A DNA stretch of 64,000 nt from Balanoglossus misakiensis (lineage: Eukaryota > Animalia > Hemichordata). Shown piece by piece: positions 26,364-41,200 of the stretch. Each line of letters opens with the position of its first letter. Position 1 is the first letter of the stretch. Made by a program: the position numbers and the translations under genes. The notes beneath the pieces are model-generated. The model did not search any database. It worked only from the letters and a program-made list of their open reading frames with translations, and had not been told where the DNA came from. The stretch is taken from contig CM082597.2 in assembly GCA_040954595.2 (NCBI GenBank), positions 8,266,343-8,330,342 on the forward strand. Reading direction: 5' to 3'.

Positions 26364-26474
26364 TTGATGATGATGAAGATGATGATGGAATGATGAAGAG
26401 GATGGAATGATGATGATGATGATGATGAAAATGATGATGATGATGATGATGATGAAGATGATGATAATGATGAA

Positions 26475-26532
<58 letters not shown>

Positions 26533-26916
26533 TTGATGATGATGAAGATGATGATGGAATGATGAAGAGGATGGAATGATGATGATGATGATGATGAAAA
26601 TGATGATGATGATGATGATGATGATGAAGATGATGATAATGATGAAGATGATGATGATGATGATGATGATGATTGTGATGAAGATGATGAAGATGATGAT
26701 GATGAAGATGATGATGATGATGATGATAATGATGATTGTGATGATGATGATGATGATGATGAAGATGACGATGGAATGATGATGATGATGAAAATGATGA
26801 TGATGGTGATGATGATGAAAATGATGATGATGATGATTGTGTGTGCGAATGAGTGTGGTTTGTTTGATGTGTGCGGTGTGTGCGGTTGTGTGATGTGTGC
26901 GGTGAGTGGTAATGAG

Positions 26917-26953
<37 letters not shown>

Positions 26954-27196
26954 AATGATGATGATGATGATGATGATGGAATGATGATGAAGATGATGAA
27001 GATGATGGTGATGATGATGAAGATGTGGTGATGATGATGAAGATGAAAATGATGAAGATAATGATGAAGATAATGATTAAGATGATGAAGATGATGGTGA
27101 TGATAATGGTGATGATGATGAAGATGATGATGGAATGATGATGATTAAAATGATGATGATGATGATGATGATGATGAAGATGATGATAATGATGAA

Positions 27197-27227
<31 letters not shown>

Positions 27228-27503
27228 GTGATGAAGATGATGAAGATGATGATGATGAAGATGATGATAATGATAATGATGATTGTGATGATGATGATGA
27301 TGAAGATGATGATGGAATGATGATGATGATGAAAATGATGATGATGGTGATGATGATGAAAATGATGATGATGATGATTGTGTGTGCGAATGAGTGTGGT
27401 TTGTTTGATGTGTGCGGTGTGTGCGGTTGTATGATGTGTGCGGTGAGTGGTAATGAGTGATGATGATGATGAAGATGATGGTGATGATGATGATAATGTT
27501 GAA

Positions 27504-27540
<37 letters not shown>

Positions 27541-27765
27541 GTGATGAAGATGATGAAGATGATGATGATGAAGATGATGATGATGATGATGATGATAATG
27601 ATGATTGTGATGATGATGATGAAGATGATGATGGAATGATGATGATGATGATGAAGATGATGATGATGATGATGATTGTGTGTGCGAATGAGTGTGGTTT
27701 GTTTGATGTGTGCGGTGTGTGCGGTTGTGTGATGTGTGCGGTGAGTGGTGGTGAGTGGTAATAAG

Positions 27766-27823
<58 letters not shown>

Positions 27824-27964
27824 ATGATGATGATGATGATGATGTTGATGATGATGAAGATGATGAAGATGATGATGGAATGATGAAGAGGATGGAATGA
27901 TGATGATGATGATGATGAAAATGATGATGATGATGATGATGATGAAGATGATGATAATGATGAA

Positions 27965-28001
<37 letters not shown>

Positions 28002-28175
28002 GTGATGAAGATGATGAAGATGATGATGATGAAGATGATGATGATGATGATGATAATGATGATTGTGATGATGATGATGATGATGAAGATGATGATTGTG
28101 TGTGCGAATGAGTGTGGTTTGTTTGATGTGTGCGGTGTGTGCGGTTGTGTGATGTGTGCGGTGAGTGGTAATGAG

Positions 28176-28233
<58 letters not shown>

Positions 28234-28437
28234 ATGATGATGAAGATGAAGATGATGAAGATGGTGATGATGATGAAGATGATGGTGATGATGATGAAGA
28301 TGAAAATGATGAAGATAATGATGATTGTGATGATGATGATGATGATGAAGATGATGATTGTGTGTGCGAATGAGTGTGGTTTGTTTGATGTGTGCGGTGT
28401 GTGCGGTTGTGTGATGTGTGCGGTGAGTGGTAATGAG

Positions 28438-28480
<43 letters not shown>

Positions 28481-29024
28481 ATGATGATGAAGATAAAGAT
28501 GATGAAGATGGTGATGAAGATGATGATGATGAAGATGATGATGATGATGATAATGATGATTGTGATGATGATGATGATGATGAAGATGATGATGGAATGA
28601 TGATGATGATGAAAATGATGATGATGGTGATGATGATGAAAATGATGATGATGATGATGATGATTGTGTGTGCGAATGAGTGTGGTTTGTTTGATGTGTG
28701 CGGTGTGTGCGGTTGTGTGATGTGTGCGGTGAGTGGTAATGAGTGATGATGATGATGATGATGATGATGGTGATGATGATAATGATGATGATGATGATGA
28801 TGATGGAATGATGATGAAGATGATGAAGATGATGGTGATGATGATGAAGATGATGGTGATGATGATGAAGGTGGAAATGATGAAGATAATGATGAAGATA
28901 ATGATTAAGATGATGAAGATGATGGTGATGATAATGGTGATGATGATGAAGATGATGATGGAATGATGATGATTAAAATGATGATGATGATGATGATGAT
29001 GATGAAGATGATGATAATGATGAA

Positions 29025-29055
<31 letters not shown>

Positions 29056-29352
29056 GTGATGAAGATGATGAAGATGATGATGATGAAGATGATGATGATG
29101 ATAATGATGATTGTGATGATGATGATGATGAAGATGATGATGGAATGATGATGATGATGAAAATGATGATGATGGTGATGATGATGAAAATGATGATGAT
29201 GATGATGATTGTGTGTGCGAATGAGTGTGGTTTGTTTGATGTTTGCGGTGTGTGCGGTGGTGTGATGTGTGCGGTGAGTGGTAATGAGTGATGATGATGA
29301 TGAAGATGATGGTGATGAAGATGATGATGATGATGATGATGATAATGATGAA

Positions 29353-29398
<46 letters not shown>

Positions 29399-29623
29399 GT
29401 GATGAAGATGATGAAGATGATGATGATGAAGATGATGATGATGATGATGATAATGATGATTGTGATGATGATGATGAAGATGATGATGGAATGATGATGA
29501 TGATGATGAAGATGATGATGATGATGATGATGATTGTGTGTGCGAATGAGTGTGGTTTGTTTGATGTGTGCGGTGTGTGGGGTTGTGTGATGTGTGCGGT
29601 GAGTGGTGGTGAGTGGTAATAAG

Positions 29624-29687
<64 letters not shown>

Positions 29688-29828
29688 ATGATGATGATGA
29701 TGATGATGTTGATGATGATGAAGATGATGAAGATGATGATGGAATGATGAAGAGGATGGAATGATGATGATGATGATGATGAAAATGATGATGATGATGA
29801 TGATGATGAAGATGATGATAATGATGAA

Positions 29829-29862
<34 letters not shown>

Positions 29863-29926
29863 GTGATGAAGATGATGAAGATGACGATGATGAAGATGAT
29901 GATGATGATGATGATAATGATGATTG

Positions 29927-29957
<31 letters not shown>

Positions 29958-30045
29958 GATGATGATTGTGTGTGCGAATGAGTGCGGTTTGTTTGATGTG
30001 TGCGGTGTGTGCGGTTGTGTGATGTGTGCGGTGAGTGGTAATGAG

Positions 30046-30079
<34 letters not shown>

Positions 30080-30252
30080 ATGATGATGAAGATGAAGATG
30101 ATGAAGATGGTGATGATGATGAAGATGATGGTGATGATGATGAAGATGAAAATGATGAAGATAATGATGAAGATAATGATTAAGATGATGAAGATGATGG
30201 TGATGATAATGGTGATGATGATGATGAAGATGATGGAATGATGATGATTAAA

Positions 30253-30290
<38 letters not shown>

Positions 30291-30308
30291 GATGATGATA
30301 ATGATGAA

Positions 30309-30339
<31 letters not shown>

Positions 30340-30566
30340 GTGATGAAGATGATGATGATGAAGATGATGATGATGATGATAATGATGAATGTGATGATGA
30401 TGATGAAGATGATGATGATGGAATGATGATGATGATGAAAATGATGATGATGGTGATGATGATGAAAATGATGATGATGATGATGATTGTGTGTGCGAAT
30501 GAGTGTGGTTTGTTTGATGTGTGCGGTGTGTGCGGTTGTGTGATGTGTGCGGTGAGTGGTAATGAG

Positions 30567-30600
<34 letters not shown>

Positions 30601-30878
30601 ATGATGATGAAGATGATGAAGATGATGGTGGTGATGATGAAGATGATGTAATGATGATAATGATGAAAATGATGAAGATTATGATAAAAATGAAGAAGAT
30701 GATGAATATGATGGTGATGATGATGAAGATGATGGTGATGATGATGAAGATGAAAATGATGAAGATAATGATGAAGATAATGATTAAGATGATGAAGATG
30801 ATGGTGATGATGATGATGATAATGATGATGATGTTGATGATGATGATGATGATGAAGTTGGTGATGATAATGATGATT
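24319..30878 (+). repeat. Compound satellite domain B: (GAT)n variants with an ~80-bp spacer TGTGTGTGCGAATGAGTGTGGTTTGTTTGATGTGTGCGG...GTGAGTGGTAATGAGT
   Basis: 15 near-identical spacers at ~24319, 24696, 25150, 25695, 26011, 26837, 27378, 27675, 28095, 28358, 28664, 29209, 29534, 29966, 30487. Confidence 0.95.
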
Positions 30879-33639
30879 ACGCGCCTGAGGACAGTGAAAA
30901 ACCTCGAGCCAATTATAAATGAGGAAAACTGCCCTCTCCCCCATTGGCCATGCAAATTCTAAAAGTTGGGGGTTAACCTAACCTGAAGTGTCTTAGTGGC
31001 TTAAAGATTCATTAACAATTTGACATAGAATGCGATCGCAGGTAATGTTGGGAAAATCCACAGGCAAATCACTTGGGTACCAATGCTGACCACTTCCACC
31101 ATTACCATTTCCACTACGCAGTTTTACATTGGTGTCCATGTTTCAAAGCTGAAAGACAAAGTGAAAGTGCCGTCTTCAAATTCAATGCCACCAACGGATA
31201 GAGTAACATCTGTGAGTGTAAATATGATATCTAGCCAGGATAAACCCACTGCGCAGGAAAATATGCAGTCCAACACAACACCTCAAGATCACTGCAGAGG
31301 CATCACACCTTTTTATCAGGCTTACACTATGGTCATATGTAACAAGATGTGCAACATTGCTTATGTTGAAGCAGACATACAACGGAGACGCTTGAAAAAA
31401 ATAAAAACTCATGCCTAATGAATAAAACATGGCAAAAAATGTGTGTGTCATTGTCTTTTAATTATTTAACAGTAGATACAAGACAAATCTTCATACATTT
31501 ATTCTATTGAAACAGACACCCGCGAATTAAAGATAAAATAAAAACAAGAGTTGGTATTTTCTTGTTGTCAAACCATGGACAAACAATGTTGATTGACTAT
31601 AAACATCCAAGGAACACCAGTTACGTGTAGTTCTTTATGAACAGACCCCACCCACGTCATCGCAATGGACCCTGACTGAGTTAATCGCGCATATTGCATC
31701 AGTTGGCCACTTTTTCTTTATAGGCATGGAAAAGAAACTCTTTCCCTTTCCAAATTCAATACCGATAAATTTGAAGTCTGGATCAGTGAACTTGATTCGG
31801 ATGGGTCTATGAGCATAGTGACTGGAGAGATTTCACCAGCTTCACAGTAGTGCTACCAAAAGTGACTGACTGTTATCATCTCTACCCACAAAGCTCTTTT
31901 GCTACGGTAGTCAATTCAACGGCCGATTGGGCACACGGTGAGCGGACAATGACTGTTGATTAATGTCCTCGCTGTGTACATAAAGCCAGAATGAAAATTC
32001 TGTATATCCTAATATGCTACAAGTGACACCATTTCGTTTCTGATCACAAGTTATTTGAGAGTGGTTTTCCATGATAAAATGAGCGTCCACTCCAATTCAA
32101 TTCAATATTTCGCTCAATAAAACGTGGTTGAGGAAAGAGCCATTCATGGGGAGGGGGTCAAAGTGTTCGCTATTCGTGTAGGAACAAACTAATTTTGTTG
32201 GATACTATGACTATGCTTAAGGTGGCATTGCATGAAACCGTCAAGACTCTTTCAGAGGCCTATTCCTCATCAAAGACAAAGTTAAAACCCCCATATATAA
32301 GTTTTTGAACTTTTGTTTGAGTTGCATATATTATTGATCCCCGGAAATGGTGGCGTTTTTGGGTTAAAAAATTATATCATTTAATTTAAATTAGGTAAAA
32401 AAGTTGACCATGCATCATGCATCTTAGTATGTCATTCGAAACTAGAGTACACGTGCAAAAAACACCTCTAACACCCCTAAAATGTAATTTCCCATGTTTG
32501 TCTTAAAATGGTATGTTATATCTTATTTCAGGGTTTTCATTGATATGGGTACCTAAAACAATTTCAACTTGGTTGACATGGCAATATTAGACAACTGTTC
32601 TAATTTGCATAATTCAAAATGGGCGCCACACACCCCTATATAATTTAACTTTTGCTCGTCTAGTTTCATGATTATTGTGTAATATATTATTTTTTAATTT
32701 GTTTATATACATTGAATCCATTTCTGGTGTTAATTTGTTAATTAGGCCAAATAAATGAAATGCTTCTGGTCAGTGCACACGTCACTTGAATAACAAGGCA
32801 TAAACCCTTTTTTCTGTTTTTTGGTGGCTGCCTTGGTAAACTACGTTCTGTTTCAGCTGGTATAAATCACTGGATGTGAGGGCAACCGCATGACACAGTA
32901 CACTAAAGACTACGCCCGGCCTCAAAGATTATTGACTGAAATGACACAATTGTTTTTATCAAGTACTCAATGGTTACATTTTAAGACTATTAGAGCAACG
33001 CCAACAACCTAATCAAGATATGCAAATTAGGTAAAGATGCAGTCAAAAGAGCAGAGGACGTAATGTGTGGTTTCATTGCTTCCCCACAGACTCAGGAAAT
33101 AAAAAAGAAGCGCGACCACTGATAATAGAAGAGCTGTCCCCCCCCCTGACATAAGAAATTTTTTTTAAATACGGTGCTCAAAGTTGCATTTTAATGAACT
33201 CAAAAGCAAATTAACTCAATGTTGGGGAAGACCAATTTTACTTTTGGCACTCCAATCAAAGTAAGCATGGGTGGGATGGGGTGGCAAGTAGTCTGCCCTG
33301 GTACACTAGACAAACCAGCCAATAAATGAAATGTGGCGAAGAATGGAGGGGAAGGTGTGTCCCCCTCCCACATTAGAAAATTTTGTAAAATAAAGGGTGC
33401 AAAACAGCAATTTTGTGGACTCAAAAGCAAAATGTCAGAGGCAAAAGTATGTGACCCCCCCATTAGAAAAAAAGATGACCCCCCCCCCCGTTTAAAAAAA
33501 GATGACCCCCCCCCCCATTTTGGACTTCAAAATTTAAGTGACCCCCTGGATTTTGCCGACCACCTCCCCCCCCCCCCCAGCCGTAAAAATCGAACGGTCC
33601 CTTACGACTCAAATTTTAAAATACTCAGCCATATAATTT

Positions 33640-34100
33640 CTGAGAAATATAATTTTTTTATCAAAATTGGAAAATATGCCCCCAAATCACCCAGGAACCT
33701 TCGTGTCAAATTTTAAAGCATTAGGGTAGAGGGTTCTGAGAAAGAGTTTTGACCAAAAATGGCAAAAAATCACCCCAAAAATATACTCTTGAATTCTCCA
33801 AGTTGATTTGAAAAACAAACGTGCAAATCTTTCTTGGGGTACCCCAAGGAACATGCCTACCAACTTTTAAAGCAATCTGACAAGTGGTTTTAGAGAGAAA
33901 AAAATTACCAAAAAGGCAAAAATTGCTCCAAAACTATTAATATGCAAATTATGCAACAAATTGAACAAAACTATGGGTAACTCAGATCACCTAAATAAAG
34001 CTTCATACTAAATTTCAAAGAAATCAGATGATCAATTCCAGAAAAGTAGATTTTTAACCAAAATGTAGACCAAGACCAAAAAATGCATAAAAAAATAGAA
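33640..34100 (+). repeat. Dispersed repeat family with short internal subunits (…ccc.aggaacatgcctaccaaa.ttt.aaagcaatc…gaccaaaaatggcaaaaa)
   Basis: Several diverged subunits here; related tracts at 40630-41020 and 46270-46580. Confidence 0.65.
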
Positions 34101-34144
34101 AATTCACACTAATAGCTCAAACCATACAGAACTGTGTGACGTTA

Positions 34145-34635
34145 ACAAAGCATTGGGACATTGTGACCCACAGCAGGTTGGAAAGGGGGACAAATAATAT
34201 TTTTGGCAGACTATATCTAATTAACATAAAATTTACATAATCATAGCATCTTTCGAACATCACTATGGCCCCCTGATCATTGATATAAATTATTATAATG
34301 GACGTCTGCAGTGTGCTTTCTTTCTAGTTGTGCAGTCAGGCCTTAAATTGTTTTCGTTTGCTTCCTTGTTTACCAGCACATATGGCACACACACCCCTGT
34401 TGAGGGGACCAAGGCCCTTTAAAATGATGTCACTCACATGCTAGAGATATCCCCACCCCAAAAAAATGGCAATAGGGAGATATATACCCCCCCCCCCCCC
34501 CCCTGTTTATGCCATCCTGGATGAAACACTGCCTGCCCATGCCAAGTTCACAAGTTTTCAGTGCAGGTTGTCTTTTACATCCTACAACATGTATATAATT
34601 TTCAGAAATTGGACATATCCTAGGACATCTGAGAT
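34145..34635 (-). repeat. Dispersed repeat, inverted copy of 5745-6240
   Basis: Reverse-complement blocks listed for 5745-6240. Confidence 0.75.
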
Positions 34636-35139
34636 TTTGTGTTAAGGTCATAAACTGTGACAAGTGAATCTCTTTGTATGCGTACACCCATCAGCTATCA
34701 GGAAACAATGTGTGTTAGGGCCGGCTATTTTTTACACTCAGAGTGCGCCCGTGGTGACCCGCAGTATGCCAGAAAGTGCGGCCATGGCTTCAGCTTTGGG
34801 GACATTGTTGCAAGGGCGCGCTCTGGCTACAACACTGCAGCTAATCACTTTCAAAAAAGATTTTTCACCAATAATGTGGAAAGAGACAAAAACGATACAT
34901 AACAAATAGAAAATTATTAGCTCAAACCATGCAGGACTGTTAGAAGGTGACATGAGGTAGATTCATCCAAATTTTCAGTTTTGAAAGCAATTTGCCCAGC
35001 AGTTGTCGATTTTCTGAGTTTTGACAAATTTTCCATTTCCCCAGCGTATTAGACAAACTCCCATCTACAGCCCTGCCTGCATCTGCACACTAAATATCAA
35101 GGTGATATGCTAGTGGTTTCCAAGTGTTTGATGTGGACA

Positions 35140-35306
35140 GACATACAGACATACGTCCATACATACATACATACATACATACATACATACATACATACAT
35201 ACATACATACATACAGGTGAAACTGATCGCCATAGGGTCCTGTGGTATAAATACATATACCAAATGGGCCTAATAATTCTGATAAAATTCCTACATACAT
35301 ACATAC
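35140..35306. repeat. (TACA)n microsatellite with a short unique insert
   Basis: Direct observation. Confidence 0.9.
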
Positions 35307-37855
35307 AAGACAGCAAGAGGGGAGGGTGGGCTGGTGCTCAGTGTCTATTTCTGTTACAAATTATAGTGCAAAAACCACTTATACCTTGGACAACACATTT
35401 TAGAATTAACTAGCTATGGAGCTCAAATCAGTCACTTGAACAGCTTTTAACCTACTGCAATTCACATGTCACATGATGGTAAACCATGTGCTGTGAAAGT
35501 TCATCAATCTCGTCTCCCATATATTTTTTCATTCCACATATCTGAAGTTGTTGCGTTATACCTAGACACTGTTCTTTTCATTCTGTTTGTACGTTTTTCT
35601 CAAACCTTTTCTGTAATGTAATGTTCTTTTTTATCTTGAAACACCACAACACATTTCTTTGTGTGTGCAATAGCAATTATATATGACAGTAAAAAATTAT
35701 TATTATTATTATACCATAAGTTGTGCTCACCAGAAAGTGATCTTCGATGTGGCCAGCGTCTTCTCACTCTCCTCCTCACACGTTTAAATGCTGACATTTA
35801 ATTTTACGACTGTGAATTAAATATATGCATATTAATTAGTTATCAATCATAACCTTGCTATAGAATTCTGCCATACTCATTACTGAAAATATGCTAAACA
35901 TGGTATAATGTCAGGTCAGACTGTGCTATGATAATGCACAACAGTGGATAATTCATCAGGGAAATGTGTCACAGTGTTCTTTGAAACAAAAATCTTGAAA
36001 CTCAATTTACATCAGTACTGCAGTAAAGAAGGTCCACATGAGTATACCAAAACATGGAAATCAAGTGATAAGTGAAACTGAAATATCTGTAAACAACAGA
36101 ACATGTACACGCACTTGGCATCTATGTAACACCGTACACGGATTACTTTATGGTTGTTGTGAAAAAGAAAACTTTCATTTGATCCAACTCACTCTTCATA
36201 AAACTGATAAGCACAAAAATGTATATTGGTAGCGATTATAAAGCAAACCTTGACATTTAAGCTTTGAATATCAGTATACTGAAATGTTTCAAACGTGGCT
36301 GTCAGTATATCTCATGGCTTGGTGGCGGAAGTATATGCCAACTGTAGCGTAGACTGGGCATGACAGCAACTGCAGACGATTTGTGGCAGCACCTGTGAAT
36401 AGGCAAATAGGCAAAGAAATTAGTATTAGTAACCATTCATAAAACAGCTTTAGCATATGCCACTTATTATTCAAAATATACAGGATGTGCAATCATGTGG
36501 CCAAGTAATCCATACATTGAGGCTTAAGATAATTTGGTATTTATCATCTGATACACTTATTATCCTTGTGCCACAATGCCAACATCGGGACATACAGACA
36601 CTGGTAGCTTATAACAGTCATAATGCTAAAAAATCTAACAGCAATTACAATTCTGATAAATCATGCAATCAAATCCCCTATCTAATAGTCACGACTGGTC
36701 AGTTTCTTCGCTATCACCTTGCCTTAAAATTGCCTGTCTCAAAAGTAAAACTGTAGTGTGTTATGGTACAACCACCATAGCAAAGCCAACACAAAGCCCA
36801 CAAACAACATGTTACTGAGTGGTGTTTATGGGGTCCTAGGTAAGAAATATAAGCAAAGCGTAGAATCAATATCTTCGAGATTGAAAAAAGGCTGAAAAGC
36901 TGCAAAATCTCTATAATTTAACAGTGCAACAGGTTAGCTTATTATTCATTTATTTACTTGTTTATTTATTTACAAATATGGTCACATTTGTTGACATGTT
37001 AGGGTTAGAATTTATTCAACGTTTAGGATTACAGTTTGGATTTATTTCGCTCCACAGCACCACTCCCTGTGGTCTAACTGCAATTTCAGAATTTTCCCGA
37101 AGTGGGTTTCGTTGGTTTTCAAAATGGTAAGCGGGAGTACAAACACTCGCTTACTAAGTTTTTCCTGATATTTACTTGTTTGAAAGCAAAAATTTGGAAT
37201 AAAATTTTGCTCCATGCGTCAAGAACGTCAAAGCCCAAATGATTTCAAATGCAAATTTACCAGTACAAGAACGAGGCACCGTCTGCAAGTCGAATATGCA
37301 TATTAGTTTCTACTCAATCATAATCTTGCTTAAATAGCATTACATCACTCTAATTAGTCAAAATATGCAGTGCAACGTATGTGTGCAGATGGAAAATACA
37401 CATCACGTCAAGGAATGCACACAAACTGAAATCTTTATTGACAAATTCTGTCACAGCATTCTTTCGAAATGCGATTTATAAACTCTATTATGTCAGTACC
37501 GCATTAGGCTACAGAAGCGCAGGGCAAATCAAAATTGGGACAGGCTATTTTTTTATTTCTTAAAATCTTTGTACTGCTAAAACAATTGAAAACTAGTTTA
37601 TTTTAGCAATAAAGTAGAAGTATAAGCATGGAAAGAACAGCCATATTCTTTTGCAGCAAAGCTAAATTATTTATCTGGTTAAAAAGTATATCAACTCATA
37701 TTTAGGGTTTATAATACTTGTATATACATCATGGGGTGTTAAATAATGCAAATTAGTATTTAAATATACTCAATTATGACAATATACCTGTTTCTATAAA
37801 AACATTATGCTTTTACTAACAAATGTTTGCACTATAAACGTGATTTCTATCTCTT

Positions 37856-38203
37856 ACATTGATAATTGAAATCATTTGGCGGCCATTTTTATGCTAATTA
37901 TCTCAAATTTCTCAATATTGACAGAGCTCCAGTAACCATTTCTTTCTCTCTGGTGATCTATGCAAGTAGAATCTGCTTTAAAAAAACTCTGAAGACACTT
38001 TTACAAGGTTCATCACAAAAGGTGGACTTGGCAGCGAGCCTATACATTGAAAATTATTTGGCAGCCATTTTTATGATAATTATCTCAAATTTCACAGTAC
38101 TAACACAGCTCCAGTAACCATTTCTTTCTCTCTGGTGATCTATGCAAGTAGAATCTGCTTTAAAAAAAACTCTGAAGACACTTTTACAAGGTTCATCACA
38201 AAA
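37856..38203. repeat. Tandem duplication, two ~165-185 bp units
   Basis: agctccagtaaccatttctttctctctggtgatctatgcaagtagaatctgcttt...ggttcatcacaaaa occurs twice. Confidence 0.9.
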
Positions 38204-41200
38204 TGAACTATATTGGTTAACTTGAAATAGCTTATGTACATAATTATTGTGTTAAAGTTTAATACTTCATTAGGTGTTTCAGTCCTCCAAATTTGAAGCC
38301 TGTATCTGCTGTGCATGGCAACTTATGGAAAAGTACATCAAAGGTCATTGCCAAAATTATCAAAATATTTGGGTTATGTCCTGGCAGCAGTAGTACTCAT
38401 GTGAACAAAATCATGACTGTTGTGCCTTTTAACAAGAGGAATATCCACATAAAATTAAGTTCTAGAATTGCTGGATCAAAGGACATGCGAGAGTCACCAA
38501 AAAATTGTAATATATTCTGGTCATATGGTGACTCATATCCATAAAAAGAATTTGTGTGGTTTCAATGAGCAGGCTAGAAATAGGAAATTTTAGTCTTTTA
38601 TCGGAGATCAGAAAATCCAATTTGGCTTCAATAAGGTTTACCCAATCACAATTTACTTGAAACCTTGATTAGAAATAGATTTTTGAAATTTTTGTAATGA
38701 TATTTTTTCAAAAATCCAAAGCCACATGACCACTAATGATATTATTGTCAAACATTGAACCGCACAGTAAATTAGAACTTGATTGGCCCTGTAGTTTTTG
38801 AAAAAAATGTCAACTTTTAAAGGTTATCCGAAAATCCAATATGGCCGCCATGAAGAAGACAATTAAAACATTTACTAAAAGCAGCATTGGAGGGACCAAA
38901 GCGGTTATCATGATTCCAACATAAAAATGCAAGATTCACAGAAGATTACTTCTTTCAGTTTTACAGGAGATCATCTAAACTTGGAAAAAAATCTCTCTAT
39001 TTTTTGCATGGCACCATGGTAAAATATGAAAATTTGCAATGTTTGATGTTCCGTGTCCCAATCATGTTTTATCTAATTTTCACGAAATTTTCAGATTATA
39101 TTACCATATATGTGCAGATACACATAGTGACTTCAGTTTTTGATATCTGGATTATAATTTAAATTCCCAGGCGCTCAAATATGGTTAACCTAGCATTTTA
39201 CCATTGCAAATGGGCGGCCTTAATTGGGTTGACATATCATTAGATGGCAATATTTGTTTATACACTGCAATTTGCTGAAAATCAGTTCAATCACTGTAGT
39301 AAGTGGAAATATTTAAATTCTTGTGTATTTTAGCAATCATAAAGCTGATATTACTACCAAAATAATGTTATACAGTTACTTCTGGACAGCAAAAATTGCC
39401 ATCATTCAAGTCAAAGTGTAGATCGGCCCTTTTGCTTGCCTGTGTCGAGTGCATATCAAAAGTGGAGAAAGTTGGATAGTTTAATTTCTACATGTTACCT
39501 GTACTATCCTTGTAGACTATTAACATTAACAAGAATTTCATATTAAATTTTGGTGTGATATGCATGGAAAGACTGGCTGGCTATAAATCATGAAAATGGA
39601 CGCCGTTGCACCATACAGTTTTTACTGCACACACACGTATTATAAGCAAACTGTGTCTTTCATGTATTCCATTTTTTTCCCTTCCTTGCTGGCTTTCTCT
39701 ATTTCTTTTCTGAAATTACTGATTTTTTGGTAATTCAATTTCTGGCTCAAATAAATGTACTAGAGCTGGTAAGGTTTCCTGAACATTAATCCCTGTATCT
39801 TTAACGCACGTGTGCAAGTTCATATAAAGTTCATTGGTTAAAGGAATATTATGAGCTGATAAATTTACTAAGCTCTTCTTTCCAGTTAGAAGCTCTGCTA
39901 TATTATCAACTACTCTCAATGCTACTTCAATAATGTTGCCTGTGCAAATAAAGAATCAAAATATCCATTAGTTAGAAACATATTTGGTTGGGTAATTACA
40001 GAATAATTACTTAATTCCATGCATACTCTACCTAAACTCAAATTTGAATATATAACTGAAATTATAATTATACACAGGTCTATGAAATGATAAGAAAATG
40101 TATAATCTAGGAAAGAACACCCATGGGCATTCAGCTCTTAGCAGATAACTTCAGTCACTTTGAAGACATGTCACTTCCCAGACTTTACTAAAAAAAACTT
40201 GAAGTGAAACGCATCTCCAAGTTGCATACACAATATTATTATATACTGTTAGAGATTTATAATGGTTTAAGTGAAAAAAATAAAGAGATGTAAACACCCC
40301 TGCCATTTATTCAGTGCCATGTAATGCTGCCATTATGCACTGATTGACTCTAGCCATTTTCCCAGTAGGAGGAAAAAGACTTTAATGGCAACACCAACAT
40401 ATGACGTTAACAAGCGGGAAGAAACGAAAGTTACTCAGTTTTTGGCATTTTATTTTTATTTGCAAGATCGAGAAATTAAAATATGACAAGTTTAGAAATC
40501 AATCAAATTACACAAAATGTCCCACTTCGTATGGCGGCCATATTGGATTCTAAACTCCCTAGTAATATAGACATATAGTGTACTTAGTGAGTCTCAGTAT
40601 AGGGTAATCAACACAATGAGACAAAAACTTGGGTTACCCATTCGAATATTCGTATCAAATTTCAAAGCAATCCCGTATGCAGTTTCAGAAAAAATCAGTA
40701 TTTTCTCCAAAATTGTACAATATCTTACTTCAATCGCTTCAGGGAACATGCCTACCAAAGCTCAAGGCAATCTGACATGCAGTTTGAAAGAAAATAATTT
40801 TTGATGAAAAATTCCACAACTTTCACACACAAAATGCAAATATGTAAATTTCAAGTATTTTTTTTAAACATTTCATTTAATTATCCCCAAGGAACAGTCC
40901 TACAAAATTTGAAAGCAATCTTACCAGCGGTTTTAGAGAAAACAGTTGTTGACCAACAATGGCAAAAATTGCTACAAAATTATAAATATGCACATTTTTC
41001 ATCAACCAAAAATGCTTGTCACCCTGGTCAAAGAATTGGCTTTACGAAAACATCAAATTGGTTATCTCTCAAAGCTAAAAGGGTTATCACCAACAAACAG
41101 ATTACAATGCCTGAGATAAAATGTTTAAGACATTTTCTTTACTTGTGGTTTTGGTTTTATCGGTTTTCCCAATAAAAATTAGCATAATTTTTAAGTATGA

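Noticed and set aside
24319-30570. CRISPR-like array (conserved block plus variable spacer)
   Set aside because: Spacers are low-complexity, hundreds of bp long and variable in length; no cas genes; eukaryotic context
18080-30962. Poly-Met, poly-Asp, poly-His/Ile/Ser ORFs and the Cys-rich peptide IVCANECGLFDVCGVCGCVMCAV
   Set aside because: Translation artefacts of (GAT)n; frames shift constantly and the Cys-rich frame stops right after each spacer
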